Shown here: one piece after another, positions 38,361-39,529 of the stretch | Layout of the letters: each line of letters opens with the position of its first letter | Numbering within the stretch: the first letter of the stretch is position 1 | Assembly (NCBI RefSeq): GCF_001194135.2 | Contig: NC_068987.1 | Span: 86,302,044-86,341,572 of the forward strand | Length of the DNA: 39,529 nt | Source of the DNA: Octopus bimaculoides | Taxonomy: Eukaryota | Direction of reading: 5' to 3' | Position numbers and translations under genes: made by a program | The notes under the pieces: generated by a model | Seen by the model: only the letters and a program-made list of their open reading frames with translations | Databases searched by the model: none | What the model was told of the DNA's origin: nothing

Positions 38361-38478
38361 GGTGGTGGTGTCGGCGGTGTCGGCGGTGGTGGCGGTGGTA
38401 TTGGTGGTGGTATTGGTGGTGGTATTAGTGGTATTGGTGGTATTGATGGTATTGGTGGTGGTATTGGTGGTGATACTG
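38320..38478. repeat. Compound (GTT)n-(GGT)n-(GGTATTGGT)n array running into an N gap
   Basis: Direct reading. Confidence 0.95.
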
Positions 38479-39325
38479 NNNNNNNNNNNNNNNNNNNNNN
38501 NNNNNNNNNNNNNNNNNNNNNNNNNNNNNNNNNNNNNNNNNNNNNNNNNNNNNNNNNNNNNNNNNNNNNNNNNNNNNNNNNNNNNNNNNNNNNNNNNNNN
38601 NNNNNNNNNNNNNNNNNNNNNNNNNNNNNNNNNNNNNNNNNNNNNNNNNNNNNNNNNNNNNNNNNNNNNNNNNNNNNNNNNNNNNNNNNNNNNNNNNNNN
38701 NNNNNNNNNNNNNNNNNNNNNNNNNNNNNNNNNNNNNNNNNNNNNNNNNNNNNNNNNNNNNNNNNNNNNNNNNNNNNNNNNNNNNNNNNNNNNNNNNNNN
38801 NNNNNNNNNNNNNNNNNNNNNNNNNNNNNNNNNNNNNNNNNNNNNNNNNNNNNNNNNNNNNNNNNNNNNNNNNNNNNNNNNNNNNNNNNNNNNNNNNNNN
38901 NNNNNNNNNNNNNNNNNNNNNNNNNNNNNNNNNNNNNNNNNNNNNNNNNNNNNNNNNNNNNNNNNNNNNNNNNNNNNNNNNNNNNNNNNNGTGTGTGTGT
39001 GTGTGAATATGAATCAATGCTTTCTTTCTTCCCCGCAGCATTCGGCAGTTTAGGGAAATCATTAATATCTTATTTGGATGAATCAACGCTGGCAGCCTCA
39101 GAAAAGCTCTCCATTTTTCAGGACAGATTACTATATTTTTTTTGTCAAATCAAACTTCAAAATCTGAAAATTCACACTTGAAGGATGAATTTTCGAGCGA
39201 AAAACTCGGTAAGGCGAAAGAAGATGTTGTTAACCAACTTTTAAACAAATATGAAATACAAATGCACATAAATAAACAAGAGAAATTGTTTGGACTTACG
39301 GGAAACGAAGCAACGACAGCCAAAC

Positions 39326-39400
<75 letters not shown>
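39326..39400. repeat. (AGAT)n tetranucleotide, probably the tail of the adjacent retroelement
   Basis: About 19 perfect units directly abutting the retroelement 3' end. Confidence 0.95.
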
Positions 39401-39401
<1 letters not shown>

Positions 39402-39529
39402 TTCTTTATTAGCCACGCAGGGCTCAACATAGATGGGACAAATACAATGTAGAGTTTTTCTTTTCGAGGGGACGATAAAAAATGGGGATAACGATCAAAA
39501 GGTATCGAAAACGTTTGGGGTATGTAAAA
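39401..39529 (-). mobile_element. 3' end of a non-LTR retroelement (probable LINE 3' UTR), continuing beyond the window
   Basis: The minus strand ends ...ttgtatttgtcccatctatgttgagccctgcgtggctaataaagaaa followed by (TCTA)n. The terminal ~45 nt match the SINE family 1 A-type tail, while the upstream sequence is not SINE body. Confidence 0.6.

Noticed and set aside
5983-39086. Long ORF-track entries (e.g. 5983..6852, 19724..20677, 22310..22913, 38182..39086)
   Set aside because: They are open only because they run through N gaps and (TA)n/(CA)n/trinucleotide tracts.

Overview
AT-rich animal genomic DNA from a gapped draft assembly. There are 11 N-runs (about 6048-6820, 7496-7625, 8554-8765, 16953-17153, 18006-18267, 18865-18874, 20199-20670, 22376-22794, 26299-26370, 28686-28832, 38479-38990), most flanked by microsatellites. 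The repeat families (tRNA-derived SINEs, dense di/tri/tetranucleotide arrays) look like Octopus/cephalopod DNA; that is recall, not a database hit. I find no intact, recognisable host gene, and nearly all ORF-track entries are microsatellite or N-gap artefacts. Supported content: a decayed DD34D mariner transposase with its right TIR (20671-21629); the 3' end of a Penelope-like retroelement (GIY-YIG C-terminus, tRNA-like segment, half a hammerhead ribozyme core; 189-530); several SINE copies of two families, some with clear TSDs; and a probable LINE 3' end whose tail matches the SINE tails. The most unexplained feature is a pair of GC/CpG-rich islands at about 14.3 kb and 15.4 kb. They form a ~140-bp, ~84% identical inverted repeat with a 33-bp perfect core. 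Each arm carries an outward-pointing ATG frame (MAWPRRMTSDT.. / MAWSRRMTSET..), and the left one ends at a GT donor. This may be a head-to-head duplicated first exon/promoter able to form long dsRNA. All alignments and percentages were done by hand.
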